Shown here in pieces: positions 11,390 to 19,980 of a stretch of 22,158 nucleotides of DNA. Positions within the stretch are counted from its first letter, which is position 1. Each line of letters starts with the position of its first letter. The DNA comes from a candidate division WOR-3 bacterium (GTDB taxonomy: Bacteria > Hydrothermota > Hydrothermia > LBFQ01 > DSFT01). Location of the stretch: contig CBFGJN010000029.1 in the NCBI GenBank assembly GCA_965649115.1, positions 1 through 22,158 of the forward strand. The letters run 5' to 3'. Under the pieces are notes generated by a model. It was not told the DNA's origin and ran no database searches. It saw nothing but the letters and a program-made list of their open reading frames with translations. Both the position numbers and the translations under genes were made by a program.

Positions 11390-11530
11390 ATGACCGAATT
11401 AGAAATAGAGAAATTAAGAGCTGAAATTGAAATTAAATTACAAGTTATGAAAAACTCTTTACTAAAATGGATTATTGGTTTAATTTTAAGTCAAACACTT
11501 GTTATTGTACTCGCAATAATTTTGAAGTAG
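11390..11530 (+). CDS. 46-aa coiled-coil plus C-terminal TM protein, resembling the DUF1640/CCDC90 C-terminus (not in the ORF track)
   Basis: Hand translation gives MTELEIEKLRAEIEIKLQVMKNSLLKWIIGLILSQTLVIVLAIILK*. TAAAAT lies 6 nt upstream of the ATG. Confidence 0.65.
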   Translation: MTELEIEKLRAEIEIKLQVMKNSLLKWIIGLILSQTLVIVLAIILK

Positions 11531-11545
11531 GGATAATCAAAGAAC

Positions 11546-12571
11546 TTAAACAACCATTCTCTTTACCCTATTCCCAATTGATGTTAAAATTACATATGGA
11601 ATTTTATTTAATTTTTTTGATATTTCCAATACATTTATATTTTCTCCAAAAATTTCAACCAAATCTCCCTCTTGTAAATCATCCCCATCAATAACTGAAC
11701 TATCCATTGAAATTCTTCCAAGAACTTTTCTAAATTTATTCTTTGCAAAGACATATAATAAATTACTACCTTCAATAGGAAAACCATCTGCATAACCAAA
11801 TGATATAATAGCGACTTTCATATCTTTTTCTGCTTTAAATGTTCTTGAATAACCAATAGTTTCACCTTTTTTTACAAATTTTACTTGAATTACATCACAT
11901 TTCAAACTCATAACAGGTTTTAAATCCAAAAATTTTCCTAAGAATTCTGATGGATATATTCCATACAATCCTAATCCAATTCTTATAAAATCAAGATAAT
12001 AGTTATATCTTAATGATGCTGATGTGTTTGATATATGTTTTTTTACATTTAAATTTTTCACGACGCTTATAAATTTTTCATATTGAATATAACTAAAATC
12101 ATCAATTTCATTATCTGCATTAGAAAAGTGAGAATAAACACCTTCAACTTTAACAAAATTTTTAACTTCATTATAGAATTTTTCAAATTCTTCATACCAT
12201 ATTCCTGTTCTATTCATTCCTGTATCAATTTCAATCTCAACTCTTGGCTTTATTTTCAATTTTTTTATAACCTCAAGCTGTCTATAAGAGCATAAATTAA
12301 ATATAAAATCATTTTTATATGCTAAATAAATTTCATCTTCATTATAAATTGGCTTTAAAATAAGAGTATCTTTAAATTTTAATTTTAGTGCTTCTTCTAA
12401 ATCAAAAACTGCTATTTTTTTAACTCTATCTTTAATAATTTGAAAAATTTCATTTATTCCATGACCATAAGCATTTGATTTAAGAACAGGTATAATTTCT
12501 GTTTTTGTCTTTTGTTTAAATTGCTCAAAATTATAAATTAAATGTTTTGAATTTATTTGAGCAATTATCAT
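11546..12571 (-). CDS. alr: Alanine racemase
   Basis: PLP-lysine motif PVLKSNAYGHG, IDTGMNRTG, YSHFS.AD, RIGLGLYG, IGYSRTF, GYADG, GRISMD. Confidence 0.96.
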   Translation of the reverse strand: MIIAQINSKHLIYNFEQFKQKTKTEIIPVLKSNAYGHGINEIFQIIKDRVKKIAVFDLEEALKLKFKDTLILKPIYNEDEIYLAYKNDFIFNLCSYRQLEVIKKLKIKPRVEIEIDTGMNRTGIWYEEFEKFYNEVKNFVKVEGVYSHFSNADNEIDDFSYIQYEKFISVVKNLNVKKHISNTSASLRYNYYLDFIRIGLGLYGIYPSEFLGKFLDLKPVMSLKCDVIQVKFVKKGETIGYSRTFKAEKDMKVAIISFGYADGFPIEGSNLLYVFAKNKFRKVLGRISMDSSVIDGDDLQEGDLVEIFGENINVLEISKKLNKIPYVILTSIGNRVKRMVV

Positions 12572-12619
12572 TTAGAAAATTTTAAGGTGTAAAATTAATG
12601 GTTAGAAGAAATTATAACC

Positions 12620-12636
12620 ATTTAATAGACAAAGCA
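12620..12636. repeat. Isolated degenerate TIR of the MITE-like family
   Basis: ATTTAATAGACAAAGCA versus consensus ATTTATTGGACAAAGCA. It lies 9 bp from the next element end. Confidence 0.6.
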
Positions 12637-12645
12637 ATTTTTGTT

Positions 12646-12841
12646 TGCCTTGTTTAGTAATTCTAAAATATATATTTTCCCAACCCGTCCTAAAATAAAA
12701 GCTTCGCCTTTAAAATACCCATTTTTCGGCAGTGGGAGGGGATGGATCCCCTTTACAACCCTCCGAAAAATCTATAATTTCCATAAAAATTTTATAAGTT
12801 ATCTATTGTCAATAATTTAACGCTATTTACTAGGCAAATCA
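12646..12841 (-). mobile_element. Diverged full-length MITE-like copy in reverse orientation
   Basis: Ends TGCCTTGTTTAGTAATT and ATTTACTAGGCAAATCA. The internal reverse complement AAAAATGGGTATTTTAAAGGCGAAGCTTTTATTTTAGGACGGGTTGGGAAAA matches the 6984 copy. Confidence 0.8.
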
Positions 12842-12857
12842 ATAGTTTCATTAAAGC

Positions 12858-12886
12858 TTTTATAAATTATTGATTATCAAGGATTT
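12858..12886 (-). repeat. Fragment of the element's left internal segment
   Basis: Reverse complement AAATCCTTGATAATCAATAATTTATAAAA matches 11211..11239 and 22091..22113. Confidence 0.6.
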
Positions 12887-12923
12887 AAAACTATATAAAA
12901 CCTATCTATAAATTAATGAATGT

Positions 12924-13679
12924 TTATTTTTGTTGTATAAAAACACTTATGTTTGATATTTTTGGTAATGAAGAATACGGAAACTCTATAATTAACCCCC
13001 CAGAGACATCAACTACACATACTTTTTCAAAAATTCTTGTTTTTGTTTCATAACAATTTTTTACATAATTAACTCTTATATTTTTATTCTTTTTTCTTTC
13101 AAGATAATTTTTATATTCTTTTTCATTAGGAACAACTATAAAATTCATTGGTTCCTGACTTTCAACTTTAACATAGTATTCAGCTTTCTCCAATGAACAA
13201 AATCTTAAAAATAGTGATTCTCCTGTTCTAATTTTACTTCTGAAATTATAATCATATTCAAGTTTCGTATTAGTATATGGATACATGATGTCATTAGGAT
13301 TGTTCGTATGCGAAAATCCTAAAATATGTCCCAATTCATGAGTAGCAATTTTAACAATTGTTTCATAGTTAAATGGTCTCCAATTACCATCACAACTACT
13401 ACTTCCTAATCCAATTTGAGCAACATAAATAACTGCTTGTCCAATTCTTTCATAGTTTGCTTTCTCAGGTCCAAATTCTTTTATCCATTGTACTAAAACA
13501 TTGTACCTTGTTGAATCCTTTGTCTCTCTTATATTGAAACCTTTATCTTGCCAATATGCAATTGCTTCTCTAATAGCAGAATAATAATTTCTTTTATCAG
13601 TTATGTAATAAGGAGGTTCACTAATATAAACTACAAAATGTATGCTATCTTGTAAGCTTAAAACTAAATAAAATATCAT
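12924..13679 (-). CDS. Matrixin-like (metzincin, M10-type) zinc metalloprotease with a C-terminal extra domain
   Basis: HELGHILGFSH (HExxHxxGxxH), Met-turn DIMYP and an upstream AIREAIAYWQ helix. Start overlaps the stop of the preceding gene (ATGA). Confidence 0.88.
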   Translation of the reverse strand: MIFYLVLSLQDSIHFVVYISEPPYYITDKRNYYSAIREAIAYWQDKGFNIRETKDSTRYNVLVQWIKEFGPEKANYERIGQAVIYVAQIGLGSSSCDGNWRPFNYETIVKIATHELGHILGFSHTNNPNDIMYPYTNTKLEYDYNFRSKIRTGESLFLRFCSLEKAEYYVKVESQEPMNFIVVPNEKEYKNYLERKKNKNIRVNYVKNCYETKTRIFEKVCVVDVSGGLIIEFPYSSLPKISNISVFIQQK

Positions 13680-14371
13680 CTCTTTTTATAAAATATCAAA
13701 AACTCTACCCTTCTATTCAGTGATTTCTTTTCTTCATTACTATTTGAAGATATTAGGCTATCTTCATCAAAATAACTATCTTCATAACGATTAACTGGTT
13801 TATACTCACCAAATGAAGCCGCCGATATTAAATATCGTGAAGGAGATATCCCAATAGAATCCTTTAAAAAATAAAAAATTTCAAATGCTCTCAATCCAGC
13901 AAGTTCAAGATTCGATCTAAATTTCGTTGTTGGATCTGTATCAGCATGTCCCTCTATTTGAATTCTTTGAATACAATCAAGATTTGATCTTATAGCATTT
14001 CCAAGATATTTAAGAATGCTATAACCTCTTTTTGAAATTCTATAATCATTTTTATCAAAAAGAAGGCCAGTGCTAACTCTTATTCTTTGAAGTTGGAGTT
14101 CATTTATAAGGCTTATATAGTATTCACCATAGTTATCATTAAAATAAATAGTATAAGCATTTTCTAATGAGTCTATTTTAGTAAATTGCGAATTTTGAAG
14201 GAGTAAATTTTTCATTTTTTCCTGACAGGATATTGCTTTTGTAATATCAACATATTTTAGAATTATTAAACTATAAGCTACTGAAAAAGCAAAAATCACT
14301 AAAAGAACCAAAAAGAGCATAAAATCTACAAAAGGAGGCCAAAAATTAAGATTTTCTTTTATTAATTTCAT
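13676..14371 (-). CDS. MotB/ZorB-like protein: single TM with conserved Asp plus OmpA-like peptidoglycan-binding domain (start probably ATG 14371)
   Basis: FWPPFVDFM before the TM helix, LLFDKNDY, IQIEGHAD, NLELAGLRA, SFGEYKP, NRRVEF. Confidence 0.88.
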   Translation of the reverse strand: MKLIKENLNFWPPFVDFMLFLVLLVIFAFSVAYSLIILKYVDITKAISCQEKMKNLLLQNSQFTKIDSLENAYTIYFNDNYGEYYISLINELQLQRIRVSTGLLFDKNDYRISKRGYSILKYLGNAIRSNLDCIQRIQIEGHADTDPTTKFRSNLELAGLRAFEIFYFLKDSIGISPSRYLISAASFGEYKPVNRYEDSYFDEDSLISSNSNEEKKSLNRRVEFLIFYKKR

Positions 14372-15803
14372 TTCCTTTTTTACCAAGGGCAAACCTAAAT
14401 AAAATTGGAGTATCAAAAGTTTTCACCAATTTTTCAATAGAAAAAATTAAGGGTTTCAATTCTCGGATAGCTTCCGATATATTGTTGGCGCTTTCAGAGA
14501 TCCTCCCTATTTTTTCTTTCACTATCTCTTCAAACAAAGTTAATTGATTACTAAGATGTAATAATGAATCATTCAAATTTTTAATAGGTTCCCCAAGATA
14601 CTTACTTATTCCACTTTCTAATCCTTCCTCTACTGCTTTCTCAAGGCTTTCTCTAATAGTTTTTATCTCTTTTAACTCATCAATAGATTTTTCTAATTTC
14701 TTATTAAATTCATCAATTGTTTCTCTAAAATTATTAAAAGAATACTCAATAGATTTAAGTTTTAAAGGTAAGTCAGTTTTTATTGTATCTTCAAGGTTCC
14801 TAAATGTTTGAATGTAAGTGTTGTAGATTTTTTCTATGGTTGAAGGTAAGTTATTAGTAAATTGATTTAGACTAACTAAATTAACATTAAGTTCATCTAA
14901 TTTTTGATTTAGATTTTTAATTTCTTCTGTGAAATTTAATAAATCATTAACTTTATTGTTTAAATCACTCATAATAATTGTAGTTTGGTTTATAGCTTCT
15001 GCCAATTTCTGATATTTTTCATTCACATTATCTAAAACTTGATATGTTTTGCTTATTTTTTCAATCATTTCATCTAACCTATTGCTAACTTCATTTATAC
15101 TTTTCCCAACATTATCTAATGATACTATAAGAATATTATTTATAGTTTTAATCGTTTCGTTTAATTCCGAAGTTATAAATTTTGGCAAATTATACAATTC
15201 ATTTATACCTTTTCTGATATTATTGGACACTTCATATAACCTTTCAAATATATCCTTTAAATCCGACATAGTTGAATTAAATTTCTCCAATTGTTCGGAA
15301 ACCTTAGCTAATTCTTCTAATTTTGACAAATTGGATACTAAATCGTTAAAATTTTCAACTTCATAACTCTGTGAAAAATAAATTCTTTCAATAATAGTTA
15401 ATTTCAAAGTTCCCCATATCGTAAAATATACACCTAATATACTTGGTATAAATACCAGTTTTATCTGAGATAGTAAATTCTTTAAATTTGACGTTATTTC
15501 TGCCTGTGTTCCACCTACAAGGTTATATAATCCATAGAATGAAAATGCTAAACTTATTAATGTTCCAAAAAGACCAACTATTACAAAAATTGAATTTATA
15601 TTTCTCATAACTATTATATTTTTCTGATTTGGCGAATAAGATATAACCTCAAAATATATAAAAAGCAAAAGTAGGAAAAGCAAAACTGAACTTACAACTA
15701 TAAACTCATCACCTGAAAAAAATACGATATTAGGTAATATGAAAAAGCTAGATATTAACCATAAAAATAAAAAACCCATAAAATCAATAATGAAGTTAAT
15801 CAT
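14346..15803 (-). CDS. MotA/TolQ/ExbB-like (ZorA-like) membrane protein with a ~340-aa helical/coiled-coil tail
   Basis: Hydrophobic N-terminus with VGLFGTLISL (compare GLLGT..GL) and VFIPSILGV (compare AF.TS..G), followed by a long heptad-rich region. Overlaps the MotB-like gene. SD AAGGAGG. Confidence 0.78.
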   Translation of the reverse strand: MINFIIDFMGFLFLWLISSFFILPNIVFFSGDEFIVVSSVLLFLLLLFIYFEVISYSPNQKNIIVMRNINSIFVIVGLFGTLISLAFSFYGLYNLVGGTQAEITSNLKNLLSQIKLVFIPSILGVYFTIWGTLKLTIIERIYFSQSYEVENFNDLVSNLSKLEELAKVSEQLEKFNSTMSDLKDIFERLYEVSNNIRKGINELYNLPKFITSELNETIKTINNILIVSLDNVGKSINEVSNRLDEMIEKISKTYQVLDNVNEKYQKLAEAINQTTIIMSDLNNKVNDLLNFTEEIKNLNQKLDELNVNLVSLNQFTNNLPSTIEKIYNTYIQTFRNLEDTIKTDLPLKLKSIEYSFNNFRETIDEFNKKLEKSIDELKEIKTIRESLEKAVEEGLESGISKYLGEPIKNLNDSLLHLSNQLTLFEEIVKEKIGRISESANNISEAIRELKPLIFSIEKLVKTFDTPILFRFALGKKGNEINKRKS

Positions 15804-15806
15804 ACT

Positions 15807-17024
15807 TTACCTCCTTATTAAACCTCTTAAAAGAATTTTATATTCTCCATTATCATCTTTTTCAAGAAAAGCAAACTTTTCAACTTCGTAATTTTCAGTA
15901 TCTTCATCAAAAGCTATATCATAATATTTTGATATATATTTATATGTTCCTTCTGGGAAATACTCCTTCATTCTATTGGGTGGTGATTTGTAAACGCCTG
16001 CTACTGGTATAATTAAATATATAGTTTTACCTGGAATTCCTTCAAAGTCCATTAGTACTTTAAGATTGAAACCAACAAAGAGAACATCAGGCATATAAAC
16101 AGGTATTTTCTCTAAATTTGCTTTGAAGTAAATAATCTCTTTAATGTTTTTTTTCATTTCATGAAGGTTTCTTTTATGTAAATATTCAGGATACGTGTAA
16201 TTATATAATTTTTCCTCTAATTTTTTTCTTTCTTCTCTTGCTATTATTTCATAGATTCTTTGAAGATTATCCTCTATCTTATTAACTCTTTCATCAAATT
16301 TTGTAACTATTTCCTTTTTTACCTCAGATACTTTTTTATCAACCTTTTCTTCAATACGCTTTTCAACATTACTAACACTTTGATTTACTCCATTTATCTG
16401 TTCTTTTAATTGATTTATTTCCCTTTCAACTTTTGAATCTGTAGTTTTTAATCTATCTTCTAAATTCTTAACATCATTTTTAACTTCACTTATTTTACTA
16501 ATAATTTGGTCATATTTTTGCGATTCCTGTAAGGTTTCTTGAATTTTCTTAATAGCATCATTAACTATTTCCTTGATTTTAAGAGTATCAACATCAGGTA
16601 ATTGTCCTTTTAGAAAATTTATAATTTCTTCAAATTTCTTATTGAGATATTTCTCAAGCTTTTCTCCATCAAACCTTTGTCCATCCATAGTCGCTAACCT
16701 CCCCTTTATATCATTTAAAAATTTTTGTAACTCTTCTTTATTTTTACGTTGTTTTTTATTTTGTAAGAAAATTAATGCTAATACACCACCTAATGCTATT
16801 AAATTCAAACTAGCTAAACCAATTAGAATATAATTAATAATCATTATAAATGAAAATTTTTTGTCCTGTTTCTGTTCTTGTTCTTTAATAACACTTTTCA
16901 AAAATGATGTATCAATGACATACTCACTTACATTTTTAGTTTTTTCATTCCCTGTTTTCTCTTTTTGAGCAAAAGAAACACCAAAAGACAAGAAAAAGAT
17001 AAAAAAGGAAAGAATTCTTATCAT
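15807..17024 (-). CDS. Membrane-anchored coiled-coil protein of unknown function
   Basis: Signal-peptide-like N-terminus (…GVSFA-Q), TM at about aa 58-87 followed by a basic cluster, long K/E heptad region and a ~130-aa C-terminal globular segment. SD AAGGAGG. Confidence 0.8.
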   Translation of the reverse strand: MIRILSFFIFFLSFGVSFAQKEKTGNEKTKNVSEYVIDTSFLKSVIKEQEQKQDKKFSFIMIINYILIGLASLNLIALGGVLALIFLQNKKQRKNKEELQKFLNDIKGRLATMDGQRFDGEKLEKYLNKKFEEIINFLKGQLPDVDTLKIKEIVNDAIKKIQETLQESQKYDQIISKISEVKNDVKNLEDRLKTTDSKVEREINQLKEQINGVNQSVSNVEKRIEEKVDKKVSEVKKEIVTKFDERVNKIEDNLQRIYEIIAREERKKLEEKLYNYTYPEYLHKRNLHEMKKNIKEIIYFKANLEKIPVYMPDVLFVGFNLKVLMDFEGIPGKTIYLIIPVAGVYKSPPNRMKEYFPEGTYKYISKYYDIAFDEDTENYEVEKFAFLEKDDNGEYKILLRGLIRR

Positions 17025-17026
17025 TT

Positions 17027-19975
17027 TTAACCTCCTTTTAAAGCTTTCGAAAACATTTCTCTAATTTTTTCACCAAAACTCAATGTTATAGGTTTTCCTT
17101 TCTTTTTCAATTCCTTTCCAATATCTCCATTATCCATTAAGAGATATTGAGCATCATCACTTGTTCTAAATTCTATCCACACATCTTGAAATTCAATGTT
17201 AATTTTTTCCTCAAAATAACTATTGAAAGTTTGTTTCACAGTATTAAAGTAATACTTCAAGCGGTCTTCTGCTTCTTCCTTATTAATATCATTGAAAAAG
17301 TCTATTTCTTGTTTTATATCATTATCAATTTTCTGATTGCTATTAGTCATATTCAATAATCCATCAGCAACTTCATGTTTCGGAAAATACGAAAAATCAA
17401 TTACAAAACTTGGACTATCTAAAAAAGAACCAAAAATCCTCTCTATAACACTTCTTTCCCTCCCATTAAATACGAACCTTAAAGTTCTTGAACCATTTCC
17501 AAGCAAACCCACATAAAAGTTTTTATTTACCTCCTCTAACTTAGACTGTAAATATCTAAGATATGAACCAATTGTAGCAAATAAGTTAATATAGGATAAA
17601 GCTATTAACATCCTTGCTTTTTGTTTCATTTCTTCATCTTTAATAATATCGGTTAAAAACTTACCCTTATCAAGATAATTTCTTATTTCTTCTTTAGATA
17701 AGCTTGAAAATTCCCTTATATTTCTTATTATTATATCTTCACCTGCATATTTAATAGAAATGTGCCCTTTTATCTCTCCTCTTGACCAAACACAAAAATC
17801 AGTAGAACCGCCTCCAATATCAATAGCACATCCAAGATCAGCTCCTCTACGATCCCTAGAATAGAATATAGCCACTGATTCGGGAAAACTTTTCAAAACT
17901 TCTTTTAAATCTTTATCTTTAATCTTTCCTTCTAATGCCGACTTCCAATCATTATAAATAGAATCAATATCTTCTTTTTCCATAGATGTAGGATAAGAAT
18001 AAATAATTTTAATTTCCTTAGAGTTTTTGAATTTTCTATAAACATCTATGAAATATGCTAATTGTTCTATGTACTTTTTTAATTCCTCTTTCTTATTCCA
18101 TTTTATATTTGATTGTATTCTTCCACTTTCTTTCTCTTCTTCACCTAAATAGATATGGCTTGAAAGAAAAGGTTCTTCTTTTTTGTAATCAAATACATAT
18201 AATAGTGTTCTGAAAAATCCTTTATCACTATTACCAAAAATATCTTTATAAACATTAAATGTTTTGTCTAATAAGAAAACTTTTGCCAATTTCTTTTCCA
18301 AATCCTTGGAAATGTTAGAGGGAATAAGAACTTTTAGAAGTTCATCTTTAATTCCAAAATCAAAGATCCCAATTTTATCTTCTTCTTTATACTTTATTAT
18401 TGTATTAGTTGTTCCTATATCAACAGCAAAGTAAATGACATCTGATTTTGTAGGGGAAACATCCTTTACAGAATCTTTATTTACATAATATACACTTTCA
18501 GTGTCTCTGCCATTAAAACCTATAAATATAGGCAAATTTCCTAATTTATATACCCATATTCTCCCCTTTATATCGTTATCATCTTTTATTTCCAAGGTAT
18601 GAGAACCATTTATTATATCTTTTGGATAAACTTCAATCTCATTTATCAAGTTCCTTGATACATCATCAGAAACATAAACAAAAAGGTAATACTCATCTAA
18701 ACCTTTAACCCAAGGATAAAGCATTACAATTAGTTTATTAGATTCTAATTTATTTACTTCAATATAACTCTTTTCAAAAATTAATTCTTCATATTCTTCA
18801 TAATTCGTTCTTATGGTATCATTTTCAACTTTCATTCCTTTTAAAATTTTATCTATAACATCTTTATCTTGAACATCATCTATCAATTTTCTATATAATA
18901 TCGGTAATAGATACTCTGAATCAATTCTTATAAGTTTTGGTGAAAAATAATCTTCAACCGATATGAATTTCACATTTTTCTCCCTTTCAATATCAGATTT
19001 ATTTCTCTTTAATTTTTCATAATCCGTTTTGGTATAACTATAACCTTGATATATTATTCTTGATTTATTTTCTTTTTTCTGATTTGGTAAAATTATAACT
19101 TTATAATTATCTATTCCGAAAACTTTCTTTGCTAAATAATCTGATATTTCTTCATGTTTCAATCCCCTCCAAAATTTTATAATTGTTTCAAGAGGATAAT
19201 CTTTTAATTTTTCTTCATCTTTTTTAATATTTTCGATAATTTTTGTTATTTCATCTTCTTTTACTCTTTCGGGTAACTTTTCTCCTAATTGCTTAATCAA
19301 TTTTTCTAAAAATCTATAAAAATTATCGCCATAATCTAAAATTTCTCTTAAGTTTATTAGAAGGCTTATAAATTTATAAAATTCCTTTGATTTTTTTTCA
19401 TCTAATTCGTTAATAGGATTTAAAAAGTGATCTTTAAATAATTCGTTTCCAAGATCAGGATTTATTTCCTTACGCTCATCAGGTGAATAAATAATTTTAG
19501 GTATTAAGAAAAGTTCTTTATTAGAGATAGCTATCGGAATTTCTTCAAAAAGTAGAATTTCTATATTTTCAACATTACCAAATAGTCTTTTAAATTGAGG
19601 ATCCTTGAAAATTTCTTCGTTTTCTGGATGAACTTTTTCAACTTTTAATTTTTCTGGATGCAAAGCAATTGTATATAAAATTCCTGAAATTTCATTAGAG
19701 ATTAAATCATGTAAGAAAAATTTTTCACTTTCAGGTTTTTCTATATTTTCTAAAAATTTTCCATATAGAAAAGTTTTAGCCCAAGGGGTAGGAATTGATA
19801 ATAATAATTGTTCCTTTTGTCTAAATGATAATTCCTTAAAATTTACCTTACTGCTTACACTTGATAAGGTCCTATCCATAAGACTAAAATCTTTTTTAAC
19901 GAGAAAATTATCAGCACTTTCCCTATCGCTTCTACTTTCAGCTTTGGTATAAATGACAACTTTTCTCTCTGCCAT
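17027..19975 (-). CDS. Large protein with C-terminal actin/Hsp70/FtsA-superfamily ATPase domain (start probably ATG 19975)
   Basis: Five ASKHA motifs in the expected order: AVDIGTTNT, FPESVA, IDIGGGSTD, GLLGNGSR, PKHEVADGL. Preceded by about 500 aa with an SIPTPWA motif. Confidence 0.85.
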   Translation of the reverse strand: MAERKVVIYTKAESRSDRESADNFLVKKDFSLMDRTLSSVSSKVNFKELSFRQKEQLLLSIPTPWAKTFLYGKFLENIEKPESEKFFLHDLISNEISGILYTIALHPEKLKVEKVHPENEEIFKDPQFKRLFGNVENIEILLFEEIPIAISNKELFLIPKIIYSPDERKEINPDLGNELFKDHFLNPINELDEKKSKEFYKFISLLINLREILDYGDNFYRFLEKLIKQLGEKLPERVKEDEITKIIENIKKDEEKLKDYPLETIIKFWRGLKHEEISDYLAKKVFGIDNYKVIILPNQKKENKSRIIYQGYSYTKTDYEKLKRNKSDIEREKNVKFISVEDYFSPKLIRIDSEYLLPILYRKLIDDVQDKDVIDKILKGMKVENDTIRTNYEEYEELIFEKSYIEVNKLESNKLIVMLYPWVKGLDEYYLFVYVSDDVSRNLINEIEVYPKDIINGSHTLEIKDDNDIKGRIWVYKLGNLPIFIGFNGRDTESVYYVNKDSVKDVSPTKSDVIYFAVDIGTTNTIIKYKEEDKIGIFDFGIKDELLKVLIPSNISKDLEKKLAKVFLLDKTFNVYKDIFGNSDKGFFRTLLYVFDYKKEEPFLSSHIYLGEEEKESGRIQSNIKWNKKEELKKYIEQLAYFIDVYRKFKNSKEIKIIYSYPTSMEKEDIDSIYNDWKSALEGKIKDKDLKEVLKSFPESVAIFYSRDRRGADLGCAIDIGGGSTDFCVWSRGEIKGHISIKYAGEDIIIRNIREFSSLSKEEIRNYLDKGKFLTDIIKDEEMKQKARMLIALSYINLFATIGSYLRYLQSKLEEVNKNFYVGLLGNGSRTLRFVFNGRERSVIERIFGSFLDSPSFVIDFSYFPKHEVADGLLNMTNSNQKIDNDIKQEIDFFNDINKEEAEDRLKYYFNTVKQTFNSYFEEKINIEFQDVWIEFRTSDDAQYLLMDNGDIGKELKKKGKPITLSFGEKIREMFSKALKGG

Positions 19976-19980
19976 AATTT

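Noticed and set aside
11467..11694. Plus-strand 75-aa ORF
   Set aside because: It overlaps alr antisense and the better-supported 11390..11530 ORF in another frame.
14346..15366. Methyl-accepting chemotaxis protein
   Set aside because: The region is heptad-rich but lacks the conserved MCP hairpin motif (LLALNAAIEAARAGE.GRGF).
13676..15803. Flagellar stator motAB or exbBD/tolQR
   Set aside because: The long C-terminal tail on the A subunit, the absence of flagellar or TonB/Tol genes and the operon context do not fit. No gene symbol was assigned.
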